Positions 19,613-28,202 of a stretch of 64,000 nucleotides of DNA are shown one piece after another. The position numbers were made by a program, and so were the translations under genes. Origin of the DNA: an uncultured Fibrobacterota bacterium (GTDB lineage Bacteria > Fibrobacterota > Chitinivibrionia > Chitinivibrionales > CAYFVL01); the NCBI GenBank assembly GCA_964419255.1, contig CAYQOU010000013.1:3684-67683 (forward strand), written 5' to 3'. The number at the start of each line of letters is the position of its first letter. Position 1 is the stretch's first letter. The notes beneath the pieces are model-generated. The model had not been told where the DNA came from. It saw nothing but the letters and a program-made list of their open reading frames with translations, and made no database searches.

Positions 19613-19915
19613 TTATTCCTGAGCGTCCTGTTTTTGATCTATCCAACGGGTGAGGGTATCGATAATTTTTTTGGCCTGATCGATGCTGGAGATGTTAAAT
19701 TTTGTTTGCTGCCGATACTCATCGTTCATCTTGCGATATCGTCTGATAGTAAATTTATCGGCCCCATATTCCTGCTTACGCCTGTCCCACTCCTGATATC
19801 TGAACAAAACAGTCGCCCAGGCGCCTTTGGACAAAATTTCCTTATCGAGTTGTTTTACGACCTGGATACCATCCTCTTCAAAATTGATCGTTAAATCATC
19901 GACATGAGAAGCCAT
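19613..19915 (-). CDS. Hypothetical 100-aa cytoplasmic protein
   Basis: The ORF has a coding-like composition (MASHVDDLTINFEEDGIQVVKQLDKEILSKGAWATVLFRYQEWDRRKQEYG...). I recognise no family. Confidence 0.45.
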   Translation of the reverse strand: MASHVDDLTINFEEDGIQVVKQLDKEILSKGAWATVLFRYQEWDRRKQEYGADKFTIRRYRKMNDEYRQQTKFNISSIDQAKKIIDTLTRWIDQKQDAQE

Positions 19916-20303
19916 TGTATCTCTCCGTGTTTTCTTTTAAGTAGATATGGAAGGTTAGAGATAGAGCTATAAAATAATTAAGTGACCGAATCGATATGGG
20001 AAATTTGATTTTACCGCATGTTCCGTCCTCTATTCCGACTATCCTCATGTGCTGCATGTGATTCTCGATGATGCATGCATTTTTTCTTACCTGATTCCGG
20101 CAGAGCCGGAATCTGTTGCTCGGTGTTTTACTCAAAATATCGAATGTCAAGTGTTTCTCGACCGGACTGGTCTTTGCAGACAGGCATTCACAAGACATTG
20201 GCAGAGCTTTTGCTCAACATACCAATAGAAGTGTAGATAGGTTTACATTTGTCAATATATTGTTACACATTGTTAGGAGTTAGGAGCTGAGTGGAGGGAC
20301 TCT

Positions 20304-20795
20304 ATGATTGATAGAAAATATATCGTGCTGTTTATCAGTGTCTTATTTGTTTTGGCACTGAATCTCGAAGAAAACAGGTCTGAGCAGTCTCATGAAGATC
20401 ATACGATGCATACATGTCAGGCACGGCTGGGCCTTGCGCCGGTTCTAACGAGAAGATGGTGGGGCTATATCGATCGGGAAAAGCACACCCCGCAAAATGA
20501 TCCGCAAGGCATAAGAGCATCCACGGACAATCGTAAAGACAGTGATTTCCCATCGGTTGCAAACCGCGCCAACATAAACAACGATCAGGAGGCGATACAT
20601 CATCTGATGAGTCGCTCCGACGGTCAAACGGCATGGAGTTCGCTTAAATATGCAGAGGATATCAGATTTCCTGAGTCGAGAATGCTTGTGCTTTTTTTCT
20701 TGAGCCTGATTTTCATGATATCTCTTGGCTGGATTCGCAAAAGAAGCTCCGGGCAGCAAGTAGTTTCGGAGACAAGAGCCTTTCCTGAAGTATAA
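20304..20795 (+). CDS. Hypothetical bitopic protein with an N-terminal signal/anchor and a C-terminal TM segment followed by a basic cluster
   Basis: 163-aa ORF with GGAGGG located 7 nt upstream of the ATG. The N-terminus is IVLFISVLFVLAL. The C-terminus is FPESRMLVLFFLSLIFMISLGWIRKRSS. It lies directly upstream of the EPS priming transferase. Confidence 0.4.
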   Translation: MIDRKYIVLFISVLFVLALNLEENRSEQSHEDHTMHTCQARLGLAPVLTRRWWGYIDREKHTPQNDPQGIRASTDNRKDSDFPSVANRANINNDQEAIHHLMSRSDGQTAWSSLKYAEDIRFPESRMLVLFFLSLIFMISLGWIRKRSSGQQVVSETRAFPEV

Positions 20796-20837
20796 GCGCG
20801 AGGTATACAGTTTTGGTGTTACCAAGTATTCACACGG

Positions 20838-22448
20838 ATGAATTCTATGATTTCATATACAGCACTCAATATCATGTTTGCCTTTGGAGTTTCCTTATTA
20901 TCCGTATACATGATCGTATGGGCGTTTCTCAAGACACCGTTGTCTGAGTTTTTCAAGGATCCTCCGGGTAAAAGAAAGATTCACCAGCGAGTGGTTCCAC
21001 GACTTGGAGGAGTATGTATTATCATCTCCTTTCTTTTGACGATCTACCTGTGGCATCTGGATACGATCTGGAATCTTCAGCACCTTCCGGTAACTCTCTT
21101 CGACAGCATCGTTTTTGCCACCTTGACAATTTTTCTGGTGGGTTTTTTGGATGACACCTACATGTTGGAGATCCAGAACAAGGCCAAGTTTCTATTAGAA
21201 ATAATTATCGCCACGGAGATTGTTTTTCTGTTGGGGATCAGGCTTGAGATGATTAACGTTTTCGGAGTGATCATCCCTCTGGGGTGGTTTAGCTATCCGT
21301 TGACCATACTGTGGATCGTGGGTGTGGCTAATGCGATGAATATCATCGACGGCATAGACGGTCTGGCAAGCAGTGTGGTTCTGGTGTCTTTCCTATCCAT
21401 TGCATTGTTTGCGAGGCTTGCCGAAAACCAGCCTCTTGTCACACTCAGTGTCATTCTGGCGGGAGCAGTGGCGGGTTTTCTGCTCCATAACCGCTCCCCA
21501 GCTCGCGCTTTTCTTGGCGATACCGGCTCACTGTTTCTGGGGATGATTTTAGGGATTTTATCGGTCTATACCGTGACCTACTCCACCGGACAAGGTAGTC
21601 CTTATCCTATACTGGTTATGTTATTGTTGGTCGGATTGCCGATTCTCGATGTATCGGCAGCCATGGCTCGCAGATATATCAGAGCTTTGACAAACGGAGT
21701 AAAATGGACCAGAGCCTTTGGTTCGATGACGGTTGCAGACAACGGGCATATCCATCATCGTCTGGTATACAGGGGTTTTCAGCATTCGGAAGCGACTCTT
21801 TTCCTATCCTTTTTGCAGGCGACATTTTGCGCTACTGCATTGATTGTCGTGCATGCACCACCGGTTTTCTCTATTCTTGCATCTTTTTATCTGCTGGTGC
21901 TCATAATCTGGCTTCTGATGCGCCTGTCTTTTTTGGATAGCCTGGAGAGAATAATCTCAAAAAAAATATTATCCGTAAGCATACCACAGGGTCCGTATCA
22001 TATTGCGGTCGTGGATGCCGATCCCATTCTCAAACATGCCCTTGTCACCTATGAGCAGCACGACTTTTCTTTTCATTTTCTCAATCGTGAACAGGTTTTT
22101 GAGACAAAAGAACTGGCGTACACCGCAATTATCTTATCCTGCACCGATACAAGCAGCTTCGATGATGATCGGATATTTGCACATCATGTTGCCTTCATAA
22201 ACGATTGTCCGACAATACTTGTCTCGGGTGCAGAAAAAATGCAGCTGCCAAAAGAGAAAATAGAAGCGCAGGGGGTCGTTTTGCATGCGACACGTCCCGT
22301 ATACATCCCGGCATTACTCTATGAGCTCTTTTCCATTGCCAAACACAGAAGTGCCGGTGTGGCTATAAGACACAATCTGATAAATATCACCAAACTCCAA
22401 CCGATCACCGGATGGGCATCTAATGGTAAGAAATTTCCAAAAAAATAG
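20838..22448 (+). CDS. WecA/MraY-family polyprenyl-phosphate hexosamine-1-phosphate transferase fused to a C-terminal receiver-like domain
   Basis: 536-aa ORF. GT4-family PGT motifs are present (DPPGKRKIHQRVVPRLGGV, NAMNIIDGIDGLAS, FLGDTGSLFLG). The C-terminal ~170 aa follow a CheY-like beta/alpha pattern (HIAVVDADPILKHAL...YTAIILSCTDTS...PTILVSGAE...VLHATRPVYIPALLYEL). Confidence 0.75.
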   Translation: MNSMISYTALNIMFAFGVSLLSVYMIVWAFLKTPLSEFFKDPPGKRKIHQRVVPRLGGVCIIISFLLTIYLWHLDTIWNLQHLPVTLFDSIVFATLTIFLVGFLDDTYMLEIQNKAKFLLEIIIATEIVFLLGIRLEMINVFGVIIPLGWFSYPLTILWIVGVANAMNIIDGIDGLASSVVLVSFLSIALFARLAENQPLVTLSVILAGAVAGFLLHNRSPARAFLGDTGSLFLGMILGILSVYTVTYSTGQGSPYPILVMLLLVGLPILDVSAAMARRYIRALTNGVKWTRAFGSMTVADNGHIHHRLVYRGFQHSEATLFLSFLQATFCATALIVVHAPPVFSILASFYLLVLIIWLLMRLSFLDSLERIISKKILSVSIPQGPYHIAVVDADPILKHALVTYEQHDFSFHFLNREQVFETKELAYTAIILSCTDTSSFDDDRIFAHHVAFINDCPTILVSGAEKMQLPKEKIEAQGVVLHATRPVYIPALLYELFSIAKHRSAGVAIRHNLINITKLQPITGWASNGKKFPKK

Positions 22449-22902
22449 ACCTCGACTGCTGATTATAAGCAAAAACAGTGAAGTACGTCACGATCTGGTA
22501 ACTCTTCTTACCGGTTACGGATATTACGTTGACTATGTGGATAACAGGGAAGATGGCATCCACAATTATCGTGAGCATAAACACCATATTGTCATAATGG
22601 ATGTAGCGTCCCTGCCGTCTGATCCTGAACGTATGTTTTCTCTTTTTCAGGCTTATAAGAAAAACCCAGTCATTCTTGTTGCTGCTCACAAGCAGCAGGA
22701 ATATATGGTTTATCCGTATATGCAACAAGGGGTATACGATATCGTTCAGCTCCCCCTGAAAATACATTACCTGCGTTTCATTTTACGCCGCCTGGTCGAG
22801 CACAGCAGAATGGAGGCGAAAAATGAGTTCATGAGAAGTTTTCTCAAACTCCTTTTCTTCATCTCCCCTGCATGGCTGACTCTGATATTCATTCTGCTTT
22901 GA
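22423..22902 (+). CDS. Degenerate receiver (CheY-like) domain protein with a C-terminal TM helix
   Basis: 159-aa ORF with the elements RLLIISKNSE...HIVIMDVASLPSDP...PVILVAAH...DIVQLPLKIHYL. The acidic pair and the conserved Lys appear to be substituted. The C-terminus LKLLFFISPAWLTLIFILL is hydrophobic. The ORF overlaps the preceding gene by 26 nt. Confidence 0.5.
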   Translation: MVRNFQKNRPRLLIISKNSEVRHDLVTLLTGYGYYVDYVDNREDGIHNYREHKHHIVIMDVASLPSDPERMFSLFQAYKKNPVILVAAHKQQEYMVYPYMQQGVYDIVQLPLKIHYLRFILRRLVEHSRMEAKNEFMRSFLKLLFFISPAWLTLIFILL

Positions 22903-22954
22903 TACCACAGCGGTACAGTTTTTGCAAATTATTTTTATGTAAAGGGGTTGATGA

Positions 22955-23836
22955 ATGAACATCTTAACTTTCGACATAGAAGACTGGTTCCATATACTTG
23001 ACAACACCAACACAAAGACTGCCCAACAGTGGACCAGGTTCCAGACTCGAATACATGCAAACACCGATCGTATACTCGACCTGCTTACCAAAAAGAGTCA
23101 AAAAGCGACGTTTTTCTGCCTCGGATGGGTCGCTCGATGTTATCCCGAAATCATAAAGGCTATCGATAATGCGGGCTTTGAGATTGCTTCTCATTCCGAT
23201 ATGCACCAGCTCTCATATGAGCTTGACCCGAAATCCTTTAAAGAGGATGTTCACCGGTCAATTGTTTCGATCGAAGATGTTATCGGTAAGCCGGTCAGAG
23301 CGTTTCGAGCACCCGGCTTTTCTTTACGTGAAGATAACATCTGGGTGCTGGAGACACTCTTTGAGCAGGGTATAACTCACGACAGCTCAATTTTCCCCGC
23401 TCCGCGCGCTCATGGCGGATTCCCCTCATTTGGCACTGCCGAGCCGGCATTCATACAAATGGGCTCATACAAGCTTAAGGAGTTTCCGATCAATACATTC
23501 TCCTTTGCCGGAAAAGAGCTGGTGTTTTCAGGTGGTGGTTATTTCAGACTTCTCCCCTATGCTGTGATTAAGCATCTGATGAAAAAAAGTTCGTATGTGA
23601 TGACATACTTTCATCCCAGAGATTTTGACCCCGATCAACCCGTGCTGGATGGCTTGCCCGCGATCAGAAGATTCAAATCATATGTCGGGTTGGGCCGGGC
23701 GTTTGATAAGCTTAAATCATTGCTAAACGATTTTACCTTCTCAGATCTTTCGCAAGCCGATGCGCAAGTCGATTGGAACGAGGTAAAGGATATTTCTTTA
23801 AAATTCGCTCCTTTGACAACGGGAGGTACCCGATGA
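22955..23836 (+). CDS. Polysaccharide deacetylase (Polysacc_deac_1 + DUF3473 type, the subfamily typical of PEP-CTERM/exosortase EPS loci)
   Basis: 293-aa ORF, MNILTFDIEDWFHIL...ATFFCLGWVARCYPEIIKAI...GFEIASHSDMH...VRAFRAPGFSL...THDSSIFP. I recall the DxEDWFH N-terminus and this layout from the XrtA-associated deacetylase family. Confidence 0.75.
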   Translation: MNILTFDIEDWFHILDNTNTKTAQQWTRFQTRIHANTDRILDLLTKKSQKATFFCLGWVARCYPEIIKAIDNAGFEIASHSDMHQLSYELDPKSFKEDVHRSIVSIEDVIGKPVRAFRAPGFSLREDNIWVLETLFEQGITHDSSIFPAPRAHGGFPSFGTAEPAFIQMGSYKLKEFPINTFSFAGKELVFSGGGYFRLLPYAVIKHLMKKSSYVMTYFHPRDFDPDQPVLDGLPAIRRFKSYVGLGRAFDKLKSLLNDFTFSDLSQADAQVDWNEVKDISLKFAPLTTGGTR

Positions 23837-24825
23837 GTTCGCTTGTTGTGTTTGGAGGATCGGGATTTGTGGGTACTCACCTGACAAATATGCTGGGAGA
23901 TGCGTTCGAAAGGATATACATTGCGGATATACGCAGCCCGGGATGGCATCTAAAAGAAACCGCCGTCACTAATCCACGGGCAACATATGTATACTGCGAT
24001 GTGCGAAAACCCATTGACCGTTCTCTTTTTGATTCAGACGTTACCGCCATTATCAATTTGGCAGCTGTACACACCAGCCCCGGACACGAGCCTCATGAAT
24101 ATTTCGAGACAAATATCACAGGAGCCCGACATGTTTGCGACTATGCATCTGATGCAGATATAAAACGGATTGTGTTCACCAGCTCCATTTCCGTGTACGG
24201 GCCCGGCGAAGATGAAAAAACGGAGGATACCGTTCCCATGCCGGCAATACCCTACGGCTCATCGAAAATCATTGCGGAATATATTCACCGCGAATGGTTG
24301 TTTGCCGGTTCTGATAGAAGACTTTCGGTGGTTCGGCCTGCTGTGATTTTCGGTATCGGAGAAGGAGGAAACTTTACCCGTATTGCAAACACGCTCGAAA
24401 AAGGTATATTTGCCTATCCGGGGAGAACGGATACGGTAAAAGGATGTCTATATGTAAAAGATCTGTGCCGGTATATTCTCCAGCGGCTCGGAGAGGAAGA
24501 GCATTACAGTCTGGTAAACTTTTGTTATCCTGAAAAAATTACTATCCAGCAGATCGTGAGAAGCTTTAAGAAGCAACTCGGCTATAAGGCGCCGGAGTTT
24601 GTCATCCCGTGGGTTTTTATCAACGGTGGGGTTTCAGTTTTGAATACCCTCAATATTCCATACGTTAGACGCATGGGCATTGTACCCGATCGTCTAATTA
24701 AACTGGTTAAATCCACCAACATAAGCTCAAACAAGCTGAAGCAGACTGGATTTACCTTTCAGTATCCTTTGGATGAAGCGCTTGCAGACTGGTCAAAGGA
24801 CTGTAACGGCAAGACACTCTATTAG
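23833..24825 (+). CDS. NAD-dependent sugar epimerase/dehydratase (SDR, extended)
   Basis: The Rossmann motif VVFGGSGFVGTHL follows the ATG at 23833, which overlaps the previous stop (ATGA). A YGSSK catalytic motif is present. The track ORF begins earlier, at 23773. Confidence 0.8.
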   Translation: MSSLVVFGGSGFVGTHLTNMLGDAFERIYIADIRSPGWHLKETAVTNPRATYVYCDVRKPIDRSLFDSDVTAIINLAAVHTSPGHEPHEYFETNITGARHVCDYASDADIKRIVFTSSISVYGPGEDEKTEDTVPMPAIPYGSSKIIAEYIHREWLFAGSDRRLSVVRPAVIFGIGEGGNFTRIANTLEKGIFAYPGRTDTVKGCLYVKDLCRYILQRLGEEEHYSLVNFCYPEKITIQQIVRSFKKQLGYKAPEFVIPWVFINGGVSVLNTLNIPYVRRMGIVPDRLIKLVKSTNISSNKLKQTGFTFQYPLDEALADWSKDCNGKTLY

Positions 24826-24965
24826 GTCCGGAAAAACAGAAGAATTAAAGATCCGGAGTCAAAAAACCAGAGAATCAGAAAACAAAAACACACAGACAGG
24901 CAATGCGACAAAAAGCGTGCCAGCCTCCCCGGCAAAAGCTCAAAATTCTGGAGCACAGGTAGTAA

Positions 24966-26981
24966 CTATTGAATGCGTATACGTCTGGAAAAAACATTAC
25001 CATTATGGCGCAAACGCACAAGATACATCTGATTTGCCAGTCCCCTGCTCCTCAGTGCTTGTTTCAAATCAATCCGATGAATTCCGGCACCCATTCTCTT
25101 ACCGTTCAGCACCGATATACGTTTTCCCATCATATCAAAAACGCTCAGATCAACTTTTCCTGCCGTGGGTAGACTGTATTCCAAAACGGTTCCCCGGATA
25201 TCCACGGAAAGTGACGAAAAACTGCCGAGGTGCTCTTTTTCCTCAAATACCACCGCCACCGGGTTGAGATCCTCAACCGGAGCGGCTTTCTTAACCAGGC
25301 GTATGGCATCTGCACAGGAACCTTCATTGCCGTTTGTCCCGCTATGTAAACGGATTTTTGCAGATCCGCTGAAGCAAAAGGAACCGAGATAGTTCCATTG
25401 TGCCCCCCTTTGGCTCTGATCGATACTGTCTACGGTGATGATTCCGCTGTCACATTCTATCCGGTAGCTGACGTCGGTGGGACGTCCCTGCGCCTCCGTC
25501 CAGCAGGCAAAAACCTCATAAGTACCATCTATTCTGGTGTCACTGACCTCCCATTCAAACCATTCTTCTGAATTGGATTGTGTGTAGAGGTAATCATCCC
25601 CATAATAGCCGCTGAAATGTCTGGAGCTGATCCATCCCGCAGAGGCAGAGACTGCTGAATCCGCATTGTCCAGTATAAGCGAATCCAGCGGCTTGCATAC
25701 GCGTAACCTTAAGGTAAAGATTTCCTGCTGCTGCTCCGAGGAAATATCAAGAACAACAGAATCATTCTGAGGCTCGGATGGTGCCGTACCGCTTATGGTG
25801 CCATTTTCCAGATTTATCCATGATGGAGCATATTGAAGCTGCACTTCTGCAGAAGGATTCTGAGATAAATCCAAGCTGTAGCTGAGTGGCTTTTCGACAA
25901 CAACATCCGCATCGTCCGAAACACTCCGGAGGAGCCCATCACCTTGACGTAGAGGTACCCCTCCGCTTACATTACCATCTTTGTCAATGACAAAAACATA
26001 CGCGAGTTCGTTTTCATTGAATGTGCCCATTTGTATGCGGGCTTCTATGTCGTTTTCACTCCACTGAACCGGAAGTGCCACTGTCAATCTGGTGCATTGT
26101 TCATACACCGGATGATCTCCGATTTCTATCCGAGCACGCGCGTCCTCACCCGATGCGATATACACATCATCAAACATGGGATGACAGTCAGGAGTCGTCC
26201 GCCCATAGCCGTTGATCCTCACTTTTTCAAACATATCCCCCTCATTACACTGCACCTGTGTTGCAGGACGGGCAGTCAGAGTTTCAATGCCGTCAGCACC
26301 CAGCTCATGAACATATATCTGTCCCGATTCATCCGCACGCCCCCTCACCCAGGCCCACAACCGCAGCCACTCACCTTTTTCAAAGCTCCACTGCCGTTCC
26401 AGAGTTCCATGCATGCTGCCTGTTGGGGCCGGCCCAAGACAATCGTCATTTCCGTCCAGAAAAACAGTGTTGCCGACCAGCACGGGCAAAACCAGATCAT
26501 CATCGACGGTACTGCTGCCCTGCACCCACAGCTGCTTCCAGTTTATTCCATCCGCGGTACCTTCGCCGGGATAATTGTCCTGCTCCGGCAGGTAAATCCA
26601 CCAGCTCACAAACAGATCGGTATCCCCCCCATCGGGCAATAACGCCTCTGCGTATTTTCTGTACCCATCACTCATGTCCGCTCTGAAAGCTAAACTACCG
26701 CTGACCGAACTCTCGGATGAATAGGAGGGGTTTCCAGCGGTAGCATTCCATGCCCCGTACCTGGCTGAGCCTTCGCCGGTGTATATGTCCTGCCCGTCGG
26801 CTCCATTCTCAAAATCATCGAAAAGAACGACCCGAGGCCCCCGAGAGCCAAATTCACTCCCTTTTATGCGGATAAGGGCATCCTGTTGCATTATTCCGAT
26901 AACCTCATCCACCACAGGCTGACTGGAAACAAGAAAAACTGCACAGCTAACATACAGGAGCATTTTAACGCTTAAATTCAT
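24966..26981 (-). CDS. Secreted multidomain protein: N-terminal jelly-roll (ConA-like, putative glycan-active) module, Ig-like/He_PIG-like domain, golvesin-type carbohydrate-binding-like domain and a T9SS C-terminal sorting domain
   Basis: 671-aa ORF with a signal peptide (MLLYVSCAVFLVSS). Residues ~30-330 are paralogous to the next gene. An Ig-like segment is present (LENGTISGTAPSEP). A CBD-like segment follows (DNADSAVSASAGWISSRHFSGYYGDDYLY...WNYLGSFCFSG...ADAIRLV). The C-terminus VDLSVFDMMGKRISVL...GIHRIDL...MYLVRLRHNGNVFSRRIRIQ resembles the Por secretion tail. Confidence 0.7.
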   Translation of the reverse strand: MNLSVKMLLYVSCAVFLVSSQPVVDEVIGIMQQDALIRIKGSEFGSRGPRVVLFDDFENGADGQDIYTGEGSARYGAWNATAGNPSYSSESSVSGSLAFRADMSDGYRKYAEALLPDGGDTDLFVSWWIYLPEQDNYPGEGTADGINWKQLWVQGSSTVDDDLVLPVLVGNTVFLDGNDDCLGPAPTGSMHGTLERQWSFEKGEWLRLWAWVRGRADESGQIYVHELGADGIETLTARPATQVQCNEGDMFEKVRINGYGRTTPDCHPMFDDVYIASGEDARARIEIGDHPVYEQCTRLTVALPVQWSENDIEARIQMGTFNENELAYVFVIDKDGNVSGGVPLRQGDGLLRSVSDDADVVVEKPLSYSLDLSQNPSAEVQLQYAPSWINLENGTISGTAPSEPQNDSVVLDISSEQQQEIFTLRLRVCKPLDSLILDNADSAVSASAGWISSRHFSGYYGDDYLYTQSNSEEWFEWEVSDTRIDGTYEVFACWTEAQGRPTDVSYRIECDSGIITVDSIDQSQRGAQWNYLGSFCFSGSAKIRLHSGTNGNEGSCADAIRLVKKAAPVEDLNPVAVVFEEKEHLGSFSSLSVDIRGTVLEYSLPTAGKVDLSVFDMMGKRISVLNGKRMGAGIHRIDLKQALRSRGLANQMYLVRLRHNGNVFSRRIRIQ

Positions 26982-27114
26982 AGGCCTCCGATTAGCACGA
27001 AAAAACGGGAGATCGATTTAATAGCTTAAATTGGCAAGATTTAAAAAAACGCGCATATTGGTAGTATACGAAATGAATAGTCACATCTATGAAGTAATCT
27101 TAAAAATGCGCACA

Positions 27115-28167
27115 TTATCGCTTTAGAGGGACCCCATCGCTGATTCTGCCCTTCGAGTCCACCACAAAGAGGTATAAACCATGACCGGTTTTTTGTGGCA
27201 GGCGATAAATTTCCGTCGTAATTGAGGAGTCTGACCATTTTTGGATAACCGTGATAGCCAGATCGGTGCATTTACGGTAGTCAGGGGCATTACCGAGAAC
27301 GATTCGTGCGCGTGCATTTTTCCCCGTCGCAATATATACATCATCGTACAAAGGCCTGCTGTTTTGTGTCTGTCGTCCGTACCCGTTTACATACAGACGC
27401 TCAAACATACTTAAAGGAGTACAGAAAATCTGAACTCCTTTTCTTTTGTCTATCGTACTTACCCCATCGGTGGTAAGCTCGTGAAGCGTTAATTCTCCCT
27501 CTTTGAGGTGACTGGCGAATACATAGGCCCAAAGACGGTGCCATCGTCCCTTTTTAAATGTCCACTGTTTTTGCGGTGTTTTTGGTGAGCGGTGAACACT
27601 CACCGCCGAGAGGCAGTCATCATTGCCGTCAATCAGGATTTCCTTTCCCACCTTAACCGGCACCACCAGATCGTCATCGGTGGTGTTTTCTCCCATGATC
27701 CAGAGAAGTTTCCAGTTTATTCCGTGGGGGCTTGTTTTACCCGGAAAATGATCTGTATCGGCTAAATATACCCAGTAGGAAATAAAAAGCATGCGTTCAC
27801 CGTCGCCGTGAAATGTAGATTCCAGAAGGTTACGATACCCGCTACTCATATCGGCCCGCATGGCAAGATTGCCTGACACGGATGTTTTTGAGGAGTAGGT
27901 CACGTTGCCCTCCGTCCTGTCCCATCCTCCAACAGTCGCGCTGCCGGGCCCCGTTTTGATATCGTTTCCATCGACTCCCTTTTCAAAGGTGTCGAACAGA
28001 TGAACGGTGGCTCCCCTGCTGCCAAATCCGCGTCCCTTTACTGTCACTATATTCTCATTCGTCTTATAGTCTAAAGAGTCAATAAGCGGTCGCTTTGCGT
28101 AAGCGAGGCAAAAAGCCGAGCAGATAGTGCTTAGAAAGAAAAGTATTCTGATGGATGTATTTGACAT
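27115..28167 (-). CDS. Secreted jelly-roll protein, a single-module paralogue of the N-terminal region of 24966-26981
   Basis: 350-aa ORF with a signal peptide (ILFFLSTICSAFCLAYA). It aligns by eye with the neighbouring gene; 44 of 68 positions are identical in the block GRGFGSRGATVHLFDTFEKG...RADMSSGYR. Shared motifs are INWK.LW, TDDDLV.PV, DGNDDCL, NGYGR and DDVYIA.G..ARARI. Confidence 0.7.
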   Translation of the reverse strand: MSNTSIRILFFLSTICSAFCLAYAKRPLIDSLDYKTNENIVTVKGRGFGSRGATVHLFDTFEKGVDGNDIKTGPGSATVGGWDRTEGNVTYSSKTSVSGNLAMRADMSSGYRNLLESTFHGDGERMLFISYWVYLADTDHFPGKTSPHGINWKLLWIMGENTTDDDLVVPVKVGKEILIDGNDDCLSAVSVHRSPKTPQKQWTFKKGRWHRLWAYVFASHLKEGELTLHELTTDGVSTIDKRKGVQIFCTPLSMFERLYVNGYGRQTQNSRPLYDDVYIATGKNARARIVLGNAPDYRKCTDLAITVIQKWSDSSITTEIYRLPQKTGHGLYLFVVDSKGRISDGVPLKR

Positions 28168-28202
28168 GTTGGCAATCTCTGTTTATTTACACTAAAATTG
28201 TA

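Noticed and set aside
19896-20198. 100-aa minus-strand ORF upstream of the 19613-19915 gene
   Set aside because: It overlaps the start of the neighbouring gene, is Cys/Arg/Ile-rich, has no SD and includes an 8-bp hairpin (20093-20111). It is more likely non-coding promoter DNA.
26021-26686. Plus-strand ORFs of 64, 203 and 142 aa inside the T9SS-protein gene
   Set aside because: Their translations are His/Pro/Arg-rich and of low complexity. The opposite strand encodes a protein with a signal peptide, a paralogue next door and a sorting domain.
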